Origin: an uncultured Heliobacteriaceae bacterium
Lineage (GTDB): Bacteria; Acidobacteriota; Blastocatellia; RBC074
NCBI GenBank assembly: GCA_964468345.1
Contig: CAYXVZ010000035.1
Span: 132-64,131 of the forward strand
Direction of reading: 5' to 3'
Length of the DNA stretch: 64,000 bases
Position numbers and translations under genes: made by a program. Below, piece after piece: positions 1 through 10,556 of this stretch (within the stretch, counting starts at the first letter, position 1; every line of letters begins with the position of its first letter). Below the pieces are notes generated by a model, which made no database searches, was not told the origin of the DNA, and saw nothing but the letters and a program-made list of their open reading frames with translations.

Positions 1-269
1 GAGAGTACGATACAAACGAAACTCAAATGATTTTTATATGTTTCGTTATTTTCGTTTGTTTCGTACTCTCTCTTCATTTGTTGGGTTGCGGCTTCGCTGC
101 TACGTTCGCTTCGTTTCTTCGTGGTGAAGATATTCCTGTGACTTCCAGGCCGCTGTCCGGAAGACCAAAAAAAAACGAAAATAATACATCAGGTAGCTAC
201 GCTGAGGTAGCTTCGGTACCTTCGTTTATTTCGCGTTTTCAGGTCCGAAAATAAAATCCGGGAAAATGT

Positions 270-641
270 TCAGGCATTTTCTGCTTTCGCGGTTTCCGGT
301 GGAGCAGGTTTCACCGCGGTCTTGGCTTTTTTCGCGGGAGCCTTTTTGGCGGGCTTGGCCTTTTTGGCTGCGGTTTTGGCTTTCAAAGCTTTTGCTTTTT
401 CAGCTCGCACGCGGGCCCAGCGGGCTTTGGCCGCGGCTTTTAGCTTGGCCTTGGTCGCGGCGGAAAATTTCCGGCGCTTCCGGGGAAGCAGAGATTCAAT
501 GGCAGAGGCATTTCCCGCCGTTCTCTCGACCAGCCCCGACAGTTGCTCACGCTGTAATTCGAGCTTCGCGATTTGTTCGTCGATTCCTTCTACCGCCTGT
601 TGTAATAAGTCGGCAATATCATTTTTCAGGTTAGTTGGCAT
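270..641 (-). CDS. Small Lys/Ala-rich histone-H1-like putative nucleoid-associated protein
   Basis: 123 aa. N-terminal coiled-coil-like stretch, basic KRRKFSAATKAKLKAAAKARWAR motif and PAKK repeats. AGGAG RBS upstream on the minus strand. Confidence 0.7.
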   Translation of the reverse strand: MPTNLKNDIADLLQQAVEGIDEQIAKLELQREQLSGLVERTAGNASAIESLLPRKRRKFSAATKAKLKAAAKARWARVRAEKAKALKAKTAAKKAKPAKKAPAKKAKTAVKPAPPETAKAENA

Positions 642-1248
642 GAATGGATGCTCCTGTTGTTCAAATTGATTTTGGCTTCAGAGAGTAACTCTATCATGAA
701 AAATGGCAGCGGCTGAAAAGCCCAAAAGATATCTAGTCCAGATATTTTGTTTCTTCCATAACTTTTATATTAAATCAGAGTCGGAAATATTGGCACAAGA
801 GCTGAAGAAATCAAAAAGGAAAAGGCAAAAATCAAAAGGCAAAAAGCGAGAGGTAATACTTCGGCCTTTTGATATCTCGGGCGGGATTCACAACACTCGC
901 TAATGAAGTTTGTATGATTATCAAGCAGTGCAAAGCAAAAAGTTCGCAGCAAATCGGGTAAGAAATTCCGACTGGGGGCGGCGGGCGTTTTTGATGAGAA
1001 CGCTGATGACAACAAAACCCGCATGGATATTGACTTTCCTGCGATTTCCCCCGAATCCCTGTCTCTGGCATTGGCATTGCTATAGGGAGGGTGGGGCAAC
1101 GAGATACCAGGTGGCAAGTTCCACTGACGGTGTCGGGCAGTTATCAGGGTGAGGAAGATAACTGTCAATGATCAGGCGCTGCAGATCTCCCACGACTGCA
1201 GCGCCTTCTTTTTTTCTTCCGCCAGACCTTCCCTTCTTCAATTTCTTC

Positions 1249-1851
1249 TCAGGATTTCACAGACAGCGTCGCGTCTCCGAATTGATCGGGATATTTTCCG
1301 GCGATATCGGCATAGAACCTTCGAATGATTTTCATATCGGCCTCGATATCTCCGGTGGGGATCAGCGTCGGGCCGAAGCCGGCGGCTTTGCGTCGATAGT
1401 CGAGAAACCCCAGCGCGATCGGCACGCCGGCGCCCAGCGCGATGTAATAAAACCCGGTCTTCCACGTGCGAACCTTTTTTCGGGTCCCTTCGGGCGGGAC
1501 GGCCAGCACCAGGCGCTCATTCTGCGTGAACTGTTCAATGGATTGGGCCACCACATCATGCGCGCCGCCGCGGTGGATCGGAATGCCGCCCAGCCATCGC
1601 ATCAGGGCGCCAAAGGGCCATCGAAACAACGTATGCTTTCCCATCCAATACAGCTTCTTCCGATAAATGAACACGGCCGCCATCATTAGCGGAAAATCCC
1701 AGTTCGAAGTGTGAGGGGCGGCGATCATGACGAATTTGGGATCGCGAGGAAATTCGCCGTCGATCCGCCAGCCAGAGAGCTTCATCCCCCACTGAGAGAG
1801 CCGGCCGAAAATCCAGCGAATGACGGGCGTATCGAAGACGGTGTATCGCAT
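1249..1851 (-). CDS. Lysophospholipid / 1-acyl-sn-glycerol-3-phosphate acyltransferase family protein
   Basis: HxxxxD motif (PHTSNWD) and PEGTR motif of PlsC-type acyltransferases. Confidence 0.9.
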   Translation of the reverse strand: MRYTVFDTPVIRWIFGRLSQWGMKLSGWRIDGEFPRDPKFVMIAAPHTSNWDFPLMMAAVFIYRKKLYWMGKHTLFRWPFGALMRWLGGIPIHRGGAHDVVAQSIEQFTQNERLVLAVPPEGTRKKVRTWKTGFYYIALGAGVPIALGFLDYRRKAAGFGPTLIPTGDIEADMKIIRRFYADIAGKYPDQFGDATLSVKS

Positions 1852-1989
1852 ATTTGTTTTTTAGGAATGACGGTCTTCACGAGCGGGATGAATCCAATCA
1901 TACCGAATCGCGACAAACAGGAAGGCTTTTATCACGAAATAACGAAGAAGGCGAAGAAAAGCAGCGCGAGAAAATGGACAGGCATCAAC

Positions 1990-2116
1990 CCCGGGTACGC
2001 ACGCGTCCCCGCGTGCTAACTGAAGAAGCCCGCGAAGCGCTCCTCTTTCCATGCAGAAGAAGGAGCGCTTCGCGGGCTTTTATCAAATAGCACGCGGGGA
2101 CGCGGGCATACCCGGG
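1990..2116. repeat. REP-like composite inverted repeat
   Basis: Outer arms cccgggtacgcacgcgtccccgcgtgcta / tagcacgcggggacgcgggcatacccggg enclose the inner hairpin aagcccgcgaagcgctcct / aggagcgcttcgcgggctt. It lies just downstream of the TBDR stop. Confidence 0.75.
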
Positions 2117-2119
2117 AGA

Positions 2120-5100
2120 CTAGAACTCCAGCCGCATTCCCAGCCGCATGTTAAACGGCAGGTAATATCCGCGGGTCAGGTCCACCGCCGCGATGCCCGG
2201 TTTGAGAAAGTCCGGGTTCACCTGTCCCGCGGTGCTTTCGCGGAACATATCGGGCAGGCGGAGTTTCTGGTTGTTCGTCACATTGAAAAAGTCGGTGACG
2301 AAGATAACCCGCATTCGCTCGGTCACGGCCCATTTGTAATCGGCGTGCAGATCGAGTTTCGCGAAGAATGGCGTGCGGCCCAGCTTGCCGCGGCCGCCGA
2401 CCGGAATCTCGCCCGCATTGGCGTACACCGGATGCGCGAGGTATTCGCTGACCGGAATGCCCGATTCCATATGCACGCCCGCGCCGAGATTGAGGCCCCG
2501 CAGGCGGCGGCCGAAGCTCTGGTCGCCGAAGGCATAGCTGCCGTAGATGTTCGCGATGTGGCGTCGATCCGTATTGAGCGGGCCGACGGCAAACTGATCG
2601 CCGAGCAGATTGAATTCGCCCGCCGTGAAATCGAACAATGAACTGATCGCCGGGTCGGTCTGGCCGTTGTCATTTCGGAAATGGCCTTCGAAATTGCCCG
2701 TCAGCTTGGCGATGCGCCAGTTCGTGAGCATCTGCCAGCCTTTCGAAAACCGCTTGTTCAATTCGATCTCGACCGCGCGGTACTTGCGGACCGGATCGGG
2801 AAAACCGTCCGGCACGCCATCGGCGCCGGCATCGCCCGCGGGCGCGCCATTCGCGCCGAGCGCCTTATAGCAAACGCCGAGATCGACATTCACATAGTGC
2901 GGATCGCAGGTGGCCGGCACATTCGTCGGATTGCCGTTCGCATCGAGAATCGGCGTGAATTTCACGCTGATCGGATTGACGGCCGCATCCAGTTTCGAGG
3001 TCACGTTGCCGATGAAATAGGTCTGGCCGAAAAAGTCCGCGCTTTCCGGCGCAACCACCGCGGCGTCTTCCACAATGCGTTTGACGCGACGGTCGAGATA
3101 ACGCACCGACAGCGTCCAGTTGCCGGGCAACTGCTGCTCGAAGCCGATCACGTGTTCATCGGAATAGCCGAGTTTCGTCCCCGGCAGAATCGGACTTTCC
3201 GGATTCGACAACGAAACCGACAACGTGGAGCCCGTGCCGCCCGGCGCGCCCGTCAACAAGTGCGCCGCATCGAGCACCGGCGTGACCGTGCCGAGCGAGT
3301 TGATCTTGACGCGACGCACGCCGTTCACGATTTCATAATCGGGTGCATAGCGTCCGTTGCGAAAATCGGTTTCCGCCGACAGCGAACGCTCGGCCAGATT
3401 GAGCGGAATGAATTCGAAAAAGCGGCCGAAGTTGTAATAGACCTTCGTCAGGCCCTTGCCGAACGGATCGACCGTCGCGCCCAGTCGCGGCGCCCACGCG
3501 CCCGTGAAACTGTATGCAACGCGATTGCCGTCCGCGCCGGGGTTGCCGATCAATCGCTCCTGCTCATGCCGCAGGCCCGCCAGGCCCGTGATGAAGCGGT
3601 TGATGCGCCATGTGTCCTGAACATAGCCGGCGTGGTAATACGAGTTCGTATCGAAGGAGGTGTTGCCGTACTCGCCGCGCGTGTGCCGCAGATAGACCGG
3701 AATCGTTCGCGTCCCGCCGCCTCCCGTCGGAACCGTCATTAACGGACAGAGCGTGCAACTCGCCCCGGCTTCGAACAGATCCCAGACCGCATTCACCTGC
3801 TTGCCGATCGCGGCCGCGGCTGCGCCTGACAAATTGGTCACGGGAATGCCCGCGATATTCGTCGCCGGGACGGTGTATTTCGGACCGCTTCGATCGCGGC
3901 GGCCTTCATAAAAGGACCGTTGAAACTGATAACCGAGGCCGAAGGTGTGCTGCCCCAAAAAGCTCACCTGCTTCGTCGTATCGCCCGTCGCGCGATAGGT
4001 ATTGCTCGTTGTCGGTTCGAAAAAGCCGTACCCCACGGCAAAGAAATTGCCGCGTTGCGGCTGGGTGCGGTCGATAATCTGGTTGTAGTCGGAAAAGCCC
4101 GTTTCGTTGAAGGAATTGTGCCCGAGGCTGAACGATGCCGTCGCCGTCCACGTCGGGCTGAGCGTGCCGTTGTAACGCGTCGAGATGTTGCGCGTTCCGA
4201 AATCCAGCGTGTTCAGCGCGGTCAGGTTATCGATGTTGAGCGTTGCGAACGGCGCCGTATTCGTTTTGGTCGGATCGCCGAAAATCGAGAAAGCGATCTG
4301 ATGGTTCGGATTGATATTCGTATCGAGCTTCACGGCGTAGTTCAGCGTGCGATAGCGTCGCGATGTTTCGCCGAGCAGTTGATCGAGCCCCGAGCCGGCC
4401 GCGCCGCGCACGATTTCGCGCCGCACCGTCGGATTGAACGAGCCGAAGAAGAACATCTTGTCGCGCAACCCCAGCACCGGCCCGCCGAGATCGAACCCCG
4501 CATCGTAATTCTCTTCCTGCAGCAAACGGCCGAATTTATTGGTCCGCGTATCGTCCGGCTGCAGCCGCTTTGCCTCGAAGGCCTGCGGCCGCGCATAACC
4601 ATATAACGCGCCATGAAATTCCTTGCCGCCCGATTGCGTGATGATATTAATGATGCCGCCCTGCGATTGGCCATATTGCGGCTCGAATCCGCCGGTCTTG
4701 ACCTGCACTTCCTTGATGAACGACGTGTTGATGCCCACGCCGATCGTGCCGAAGTTTCGAGAGAACACGCCGAGGCCGCCGAAGGCTGAGTCGGTGATGT
4801 TCACGCCGTCCGCAACATACAGGTTATCGAGCGCGGAGCCGCCCGAGATCGAGGGATTCGCAATGCCGCCCTTGCCGCTGTCCGCCACGCCCGGCGCGAG
4901 ATAGAACAGGCTGGTCACGCTGCGCTGCACGGGGATGTTGACGAAAAGCTGATCGTTCAGATTCTGCCCGACCGCCGTGCTTGCCGTATCGACGGTCGCG
5001 GCGCCCGAGGAGATTTCAACGACCTCATTGATGTTGCCGGTTTCCAGCGTCAGCCTCAGGCCTGTCGTTTTTCCGACATAGACCTCGATGGCGGTCGCCG

Positions 5101-5380
5101 AAGCGATTTTAAAGCCCGTCAGTTCGGCCTTCACCGTATAGGTGCCGGGCACGAGATTGGGCACGTCGAAATCGCCGTCGGCATTGGTCAACACCGTGCG
5201 ATCGCCCGTCTGCCCTGTGACGGTGACTCTGGCATTCGCAACGACCGCGCCCGTCGCATCGACGACGCGGCCATTGATGGCTCCCTTGGTGACGAGATCT
5301 TGCGCTGTTCCGATGAGTGCGAGCACCAGACAGCAGACCAGCGAGCAGAAGAATCGAGGTAGACTTCCTCCAAATTTCAT
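2120..5380 (-). CDS. TonB-dependent receptor, Oar-like, with carboxypeptidase-regulatory-like N-terminal domain
   Basis: Signal peptide, GRVVDATGAVVANARVTV domain, plug motif, and C-terminal MRLGMRLEF. Start moved to MKFGG (ATG 5380), which has an AGGAGG RBS. Confidence 0.9.
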   Translation of the reverse strand: MKFGGSLPRFFCSLVCCLVLALIGTAQDLVTKGAINGRVVDATGAVVANARVTVTGQTGDRTVLTNADGDFDVPNLVPGTYTVKAELTGFKIASATAIEVYVGKTTGLRLTLETGNINEVVEISSGAATVDTASTAVGQNLNDQLFVNIPVQRSVTSLFYLAPGVADSGKGGIANPSISGGSALDNLYVADGVNITDSAFGGLGVFSRNFGTIGVGINTSFIKEVQVKTGGFEPQYGQSQGGIINIITQSGGKEFHGALYGYARPQAFEAKRLQPDDTRTNKFGRLLQEENYDAGFDLGGPVLGLRDKMFFFGSFNPTVRREIVRGAAGSGLDQLLGETSRRYRTLNYAVKLDTNINPNHQIAFSIFGDPTKTNTAPFATLNIDNLTALNTLDFGTRNISTRYNGTLSPTWTATASFSLGHNSFNETGFSDYNQIIDRTQPQRGNFFAVGYGFFEPTTSNTYRATGDTTKQVSFLGQHTFGLGYQFQRSFYEGRRDRSGPKYTVPATNIAGIPVTNLSGAAAAAIGKQVNAVWDLFEAGASCTLCPLMTVPTGGGGTRTIPVYLRHTRGEYGNTSFDTNSYYHAGYVQDTWRINRFITGLAGLRHEQERLIGNPGADGNRVAYSFTGAWAPRLGATVDPFGKGLTKVYYNFGRFFEFIPLNLAERSLSAETDFRNGRYAPDYEIVNGVRRVKINSLGTVTPVLDAAHLLTGAPGGTGSTLSVSLSNPESPILPGTKLGYSDEHVIGFEQQLPGNWTLSVRYLDRRVKRIVEDAAVVAPESADFFGQTYFIGNVTSKLDAAVNPISVKFTPILDANGNPTNVPATCDPHYVNVDLGVCYKALGANGAPAGDAGADGVPDGFPDPVRKYRAVEIELNKRFSKGWQMLTNWRIAKLTGNFEGHFRNDNGQTDPAISSLFDFTAGEFNLLGDQFAVGPLNTDRRHIANIYGSYAFGDQSFGRRLRGLNLGAGVHMESGIPVSEYLAHPVYANAGEIPVGGRGKLGRTPFFAKLDLHADYKWAVTERMRVIFVTDFFNVTNNQKLRLPDMFRESTAGQVNPDFLKPGIAAVDLTRGYYLPFNMRLGMRLEF

Positions 5381-5926
5381 AAACCCTCCTGGTTTTTCGG
5401 GATTGAAGTAATGTTGCGTCGTGGTTGATGCAGCTTCTGCATGAAGCAGAAACGGACAGCAAAGAGAGACGCAACGACAGTCCTGCATCAATCCTCGTGG
5501 AAGGGAATCTACATTTTCAGCAGCCTCTGCCTGCTCCTTCTCTGTCTTTCAATCTTCCGATGGCTGCGTGGATCTCATGCCGGGCTGAGATGTTTTTCGT
5601 TAAGTGCATTCCACGAGGATTGACAGGAATTGCGCCCTTGTAAAACGCAATTCCCAGACCATCCTTCCCGCGCGCACCAAGGCGGCAAATGCACATCTGC
5701 CGCGGAGATTCCGTTGCCTTTTTCGCTTCACTCCCGTGAATGCAAGGCGCAACATCAAATGGAATATTCAAGAAAGTGAAGAACCGCCGGCGTTATTCAG
5801 TAATTTGTATTGGAAGCAACTGAGGATTCGCTATGCCTATCGTTGTGATCGCGCCGTCCGATTCCGGGCCCGCGTGGGCGCAATTGATTGTTCACTCCGC
5901 AGGCGCTTCCCTGCCTATATAAAGAA

Positions 5927-5972
5927 AAGGACGAAACGACCGAAAAAGCGATCTTTCGGTCGTTTCGTCCTT
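5927..5972. repeat. 19-bp inverted repeat with 9-bp periodic arms; possible terminator of the radical SAM gene
   Basis: aaggacgaaacgaccgaaa / tttcggtcgtttcgtcctt, about 60 bp downstream of the stop at 6033. Confidence 0.6.
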
Positions 5973-6032
5973 CCTTTTTCCGAAGAGGCACTTCCCTGCC
6001 CTGCTCCGAGCGCCGGTTTCAATTCATCGGGC

Positions 6033-7079
6033 TCAGACAGCCTCACCCATGTTTTGCTTATTCTCCGGGCGCGACGATTCGATCTGAACCGGTTTGCGGT
6101 CCAGAATTCCAGACACGGCCCTGCCGATTCGGTCCGAAGCAAAGTAAATCGACTTTACGGGCAATACGCCGAACAATTGATAATCCCCGACGGCCTTCAA
6201 TCCGGCCGAGGCGAGACAGCCGCATTGCGAACAGTCCGGATTGCCGCCGAATTGACAGGGCGTGATGCGCCCTTTTAAATCGGCCGTTACCGAATGCGTT
6301 GTGCGCGCAAAGATGCATTCGTCGGGCGATTGCGGCGGCGAAAGATATCCCCGCACCACGGAATTCGGCAATTCCAGTTTGGGGAAGCGCGAACGCAATC
6401 CCATCAAGACATCGAGCGCCGACTTGCGGTCTGCCGGCGTAAGAATCTCTTCGGCCTGTTCCCCGATTTGCGGCGTGAACAGACTGAACCAGATTTTGCG
6501 CACCTCGGGACGCGCCGACCAGAAAGAAAGAAACTCTTCGAAATAGCGGGCCCCCGCGTTATTCTTCGCAACCATCTGGCGCGTGATCGTGCTGTGCACG
6601 ATGATCGTGTGGCCCTTGATGTTCTGCAGAATCTTTTCATAGGTCGCGGGCGCGCGGCGCACGTCATGATCCGGCTGCAGACCATCGATCGAAACCGCCA
6701 GATGCAGCGATTCGATGCCGGCCCAGGCTTCCGGAATCGGCCGAACAGCGCTTGTGACCAACTGCACCTCGATGCCCATCTTATCCAACTGGGGCAATAA
6801 AACATCCAGTTCACGAAAACGAACGAGCGGCTCGCCGCCCACAATCGACAGGTGAATCGGCCGGTGCTTTCGCACCAGGGCGAGCACGCCATCGATCAAC
6901 TCCTGCCCCTTGTAATCCGCCAGCGTCCGCAGCGGCCCGCGATCGCCAAGATGCTCCGGTTGATAGGCATAACACCCCGGACAACGAAGCGGGCATTCCC
7001 TCGTGATTTCGATTGAAAGCATCGGCGCACGGCCACGGAGAATGAGTCCCCAGCCGCGAAAAATGTCCTGTTTTTTCAT
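6033..7079 (-). CDS. Radical SAM protein
   Basis: CPLRCPGC (CxxxCxxC), GGEP motif, and a Cys-rich C-terminus (CQFGGNPDCSQCGC). Confidence 0.9.
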   Translation of the reverse strand: MKKQDIFRGWGLILRGRAPMLSIEITRECPLRCPGCYAYQPEHLGDRGPLRTLADYKGQELIDGVLALVRKHRPIHLSIVGGEPLVRFRELDVLLPQLDKMGIEVQLVTSAVRPIPEAWAGIESLHLAVSIDGLQPDHDVRRAPATYEKILQNIKGHTIIVHSTITRQMVAKNNAGARYFEEFLSFWSARPEVRKIWFSLFTPQIGEQAEEILTPADRKSALDVLMGLRSRFPKLELPNSVVRGYLSPPQSPDECIFARTTHSVTADLKGRITPCQFGGNPDCSQCGCLASAGLKAVGDYQLFGVLPVKSIYFASDRIGRAVSGILDRKPVQIESSRPENKQNMGEAV

Positions 7080-7544
7080 TTCTTCCTTTCGCCCGACGTA
7101 GGTTTTCCAGAGTCCGGATCGCTACGTCGCCCTCCTTTTGTTCATTTCTTTCTTATTCGAATTGCAACCCGCGCGGCGCATCAATGGCTCTGCTTGCCGC
7201 ACATTCTAAGAGCTTCAACTTTTTTAAGTGTGCGTGCGAGTGTACCACACTGCTTCCCTGCCCTGTTTTGCTTGTTTTCCGGCTTCTCCCGGGCCGGTCG
7301 CATTCTTGTATTTTCTTTTTAAATAACACGTTACGCACAGCAAGTGCAAATATCGCACTCTTTGCTGGATTTTCCCCGCACCAAGATTGACATTTAAGAA
7401 AGTCCTGGATAATAAAGTGAAGGGGGGTGCCGGCGTGCTGTGGTCGAGAATGCGGCAACCGCTTGATGCGCAGGGACGGGCTCGATTGAAAAAGAATTCG
7501 TGAATCGCGCGGGAGCAGGGACGGGCATTTCAGAATGGAAGAAC

Positions 7545-8774
7545 ATGTATAAGCGAAACCTGGAACAAACACTGCGATCAGCGCTGCAAGACTTCCCGGT
7601 GGTATTGATCAATGGGGCGCGGCAGACGGGAAAGACAACGCTGGTCCGCGGGATGTCGGGATATGAGTACATCACGCTGGACGATGTGGGCGTGTTGTCA
7701 TCGGCGCAGCGGGACCCGGCGGGGTTCGTGCGGCAGTTCACGCAGCCGGTGATTCTTGATGAGGTGCAGCGAGCGCCGGAAATATTTCTTCCGATCAAAA
7801 AGGCGGTGGATGAAGCGCAGAATCCCGGGATGTTCATTCTGACGGGGTCGGCGAATGTATTGACCTTGCCGAAGCTGGCGGATTCGCTGGCGGGCCGGAT
7901 GGCGATCTTGACGCTGTGGCCTTTTTCGCAGGGGGAGCTGAAAGGAATTCGCGAAGACTTTATTGCCTGGGCGATGGCGGATGAATTCCGTCCGCGGCAG
8001 GCGACGCAAGCGCTGACGCGGCCAGAACTGCTCGAACGAATCGTTGCGGGCGGCTATCCGCGGGCGCTGGCGGCTTCGACCAAGGCTAATCGATCGCTCT
8101 GGTTTCAGAGCTACCTGACGGAACTGCTCGAACGGGATGTGCGCGACCTGTCGCAAGTGCGATCGCTCGCTGAGTTCCCTTCCCTGCTCCGCGTGCTGGC
8201 GGCGCGATCGAGCACGCTGCTCAACCTGGCGGAACTGTCGCGATCGACGGGATTGCAGCAGGATACGCTCAAGCGATATTACGCCCTGTTGCAGGCGCTG
8301 TTTCTCGTCGTACCGCAAAATGCATGGTCGGGCAATGTCGGGCGACGATTGATGAAGACCGCGAAGACGACCTTGAACGATACGGGCCTGATGGCGCATC
8401 TGGCGGGAATGGAAGAAGCGCGGCTGGCGAACGATAATTTATTGCTCGGCCAGGCGCTCGAAACCTTCGTCGTGAATGAACTGCGCAAACAGCTCACGTG
8501 GAGCGAGACGCCGGCGGAACTCTTTCATTATCGCGATAACAAGGGAAACGAAACCGACATCGTCCTTGAAGACCGCGCGGGCCGGATCGTCGGCCTAGAG
8601 GTGAAGGCGACGATGACCGTGCGGCCGGATGATTTCAAGGGTCTCGAAAAACTTCGGGTGGCCGCCAAGGCGCGATTCAAACGCGGCCTGTTGATTTATA
8701 CGGGCGACCGGCTGCTTCCCTTCGGCGATTATTGGGCGGTGCCCATCGAGATGCTCTGGGAAGCGAATGGATAA
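7545..8774 (+). CDS. AAA+ ATPase with C-terminal DUF4143 / nuclease-like domain
   Basis: Walker A GARQTGKT, Walker B ILDEVQ, LTGS and GGYP motifs, and C-terminal ETDIV..LEVK. Start taken at MYKRNL. Confidence 0.85.
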   Translation: MYKRNLEQTLRSALQDFPVVLINGARQTGKTTLVRGMSGYEYITLDDVGVLSSAQRDPAGFVRQFTQPVILDEVQRAPEIFLPIKKAVDEAQNPGMFILTGSANVLTLPKLADSLAGRMAILTLWPFSQGELKGIREDFIAWAMADEFRPRQATQALTRPELLERIVAGGYPRALAASTKANRSLWFQSYLTELLERDVRDLSQVRSLAEFPSLLRVLAARSSTLLNLAELSRSTGLQQDTLKRYYALLQALFLVVPQNAWSGNVGRRLMKTAKTTLNDTGLMAHLAGMEEARLANDNLLLGQALETFVVNELRKQLTWSETPAELFHYRDNKGNETDIVLEDRAGRIVGLEVKATMTVRPDDFKGLEKLRVAAKARFKRGLLIYTGDRLLPFGDYWAVPIEMLWEANG

Positions 8775-8807
8775 GTGATTTTGCCTCGGTTGTCAGAAAT
8801 TTTTCCG

Positions 8808-8890
8808 ACAGCGAACAGGAAAATGAACGACAAGAAAATGGAATCAGCAGATAGCGAATAGTTTCTTGTCGTTCATTTTCCTGTCCGCTG
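8808..8890. repeat. Palindromic element with 13-bp periodic arms between convergent genes
   Basis: cagcgaacaggaaaatgaacgacaagaaa / tttcttgtcgttcattttcctgtccgctg. A related copy lies at about 60110-60385. Confidence 0.7.
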
Positions 8891-8921
8891 CTACAACCTT
8901 GTTTTCGACTTCGCCTGCAGC

Positions 8922-10427
8922 TCATTCGAGGCCGTTCGATTCCGCGAGGATCTCGTCGATCATCTGCTTGCGCAGCAAAGAAAGAATGGTGCTCTCGAGC
9001 GTGGCATTGTCCCAGGTCGCGGCGGCCGGCGATTTGCGAAGGGTTTCTTCTTTGGCTTTTCGATAGAGCGATTCATAGTTCTTTGGCGCAAGCGAGCGTA
9101 GGCGTTTATCGGCTTTTCGCAACAGCTCTTCCTCTTCGCGCTGTCGGGCGAGTTCTTCCATCTCCTGTTGCAGGGCGTTCTTCTGATTTTCGCTGTGCTG
9201 CCGCCAGACGGCGACGGCGGCTTCCAGGTACTGCATCGCGCCGCCGAACTGGGCCATTTTGAATTTGGTCTTCTTCGCTTCGGATAAAGCGTATTCGATG
9301 AAAAACCATGCGCCTTCCATTCCCATCGTGCGCAGGACTTCCTCGGCCTGCCGCACCTCGGGGCCTTTGGGGCGCGGCTGATAATTCTTGATGCCGCGGG
9401 CGAGCAGATGAAAATGCTGCACCAGGCGAATGGCGATGGGCGACACTTCCCTTCCCTTCTCTTCTCCGCCTTCCAGATCCAGATCGCTGGCGTGGTCTTC
9501 CGTATACAGTTTGCGATTGAATCGCTCGAACTCCGCGACGGCGCGCGGCCCCGGCACATAGGCCATTACCCAGTCGGGCTCGCCCTCTAGGTCGCGCGTG
9601 GCCTGATAGGTGACTTTATTGATGTAGCCGGCCTTGATGTGCGGCTGATGAATCTTGTACATCCGCTTATTCATCTCCACGGCCTTGGATTGCCGCGGCT
9701 GGCCGGAATAGGCGCAATAATCCGAATACAACAGCTTTGCCTCGGGATAACCGTATTTCAACGACGCGTAAATCTGATAACTGATGATTTCGTAAAAGCG
9801 CTGGGCCGAGGGCGTGAGTTCCTTGAGATATTGAAAGTCTAGCGGCCGGGTGCCGGCGCGATTGAGCACGCGCCGGTATTGTTCGTTGACCAGAATGATC
9901 ACGCCATCAGACTTCTCTCCGTTCGGCAGTTCATCGCCGCGAAAGGCCACGCTGTATTTCGTGAAGGTCGCCTCGAGCTTTTGTTTGCTGCCGTCGGTTC
10001 CCTTATACGCGAGATTGGCCGTGATCAGCGCGCCCGCGTTTTGTTGCAGCGCCCGCTTGATGCTGTTCGTGTTCGCGCCCGAGGGATTGATGCCCAGTTC
10101 CTGACAGATGTCGCTGAGACTGCCCAGGCGAATCATCGTCGGCACGGGACGGCCGGCTTCGTCGATGCGCCGGTTGATGACCAGCGTTTCGATCCGGTAT
10201 GCGAGCTGGCCGGCTTCTCCCACATCCGGGTTAAACGCCACTTTCCAGGAAAGCTTTGTTTGCCCGCTCGCATCTTTCTTATTGATCTGTATGTTCACGC
10301 CGCCCTGGCCGAACAGATTGTGCGCCGGCAATCTGGAAATGACGGTGTCGGTCCGGATGATTTCCAATCCGTTCTTTTGCGTCGTCAGTTCCTCGCTCTG
10401 CGCCGTCCTCAATTTTCTCGATGACAT
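8922..10427 (-). CDS. Putative plasmid/chromid replication initiator protein (RepA-like, winged-helix)
   Basis: 501 aa with an HTH-like segment SLSDICQELGINPSGANTNSIKRAL and the rep-like motif LDFQYLKELTPSAQRFYEII. Divergent from parAB across an iteron array. Confidence 0.75.
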   Translation of the reverse strand: MSSRKLRTAQSEELTTQKNGLEIIRTDTVISRLPAHNLFGQGGVNIQINKKDASGQTKLSWKVAFNPDVGEAGQLAYRIETLVINRRIDEAGRPVPTMIRLGSLSDICQELGINPSGANTNSIKRALQQNAGALITANLAYKGTDGSKQKLEATFTKYSVAFRGDELPNGEKSDGVIILVNEQYRRVLNRAGTRPLDFQYLKELTPSAQRFYEIISYQIYASLKYGYPEAKLLYSDYCAYSGQPRQSKAVEMNKRMYKIHQPHIKAGYINKVTYQATRDLEGEPDWVMAYVPGPRAVAEFERFNRKLYTEDHASDLDLEGGEEKGREVSPIAIRLVQHFHLLARGIKNYQPRPKGPEVRQAEEVLRTMGMEGAWFFIEYALSEAKKTKFKMAQFGGAMQYLEAAVAVWRQHSENQKNALQQEMEELARQREEEELLRKADKRLRSLAPKNYESLYRKAKEETLRKSPAAATWDNATLESTILSLLRKQMIDEILAESNGLE

Positions 10428-10529
10428 AGGCGTCTATTCGCATTCAAACTTGCATTCAAATTTACTGCATGTGTGTATTACACATGTTTCATAGTCAAAT
10501 AGTCAAGTAGTCATGCGACGCTAAGTGAT

Positions 10530-10538
10530 TTATTCACA
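10530..10538 (+). promoter_or_regulatory. DnaA box match (TTATTCACA)
   Basis: Fits TT(A/T)TNCACA. It lies in an AT-rich stretch about 20 bp before the first iteron. Confidence 0.55.
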
Positions 10539-10556
10539 AAATATACATGGGTTTTC

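Noticed and set aside
6033-7079. Radical SAM enzyme as a RiPP maturase
   Set aside because: No credible precursor peptide, RRE/PqqD domain or exporter is nearby.
7545-8774. AAA/DUF4143 ATPase as part of the replicon or a defence system
   Set aside because: This family is widespread as a solitary gene. It is convergent with rep and has no partner gene, so there is no sequence evidence of linkage.
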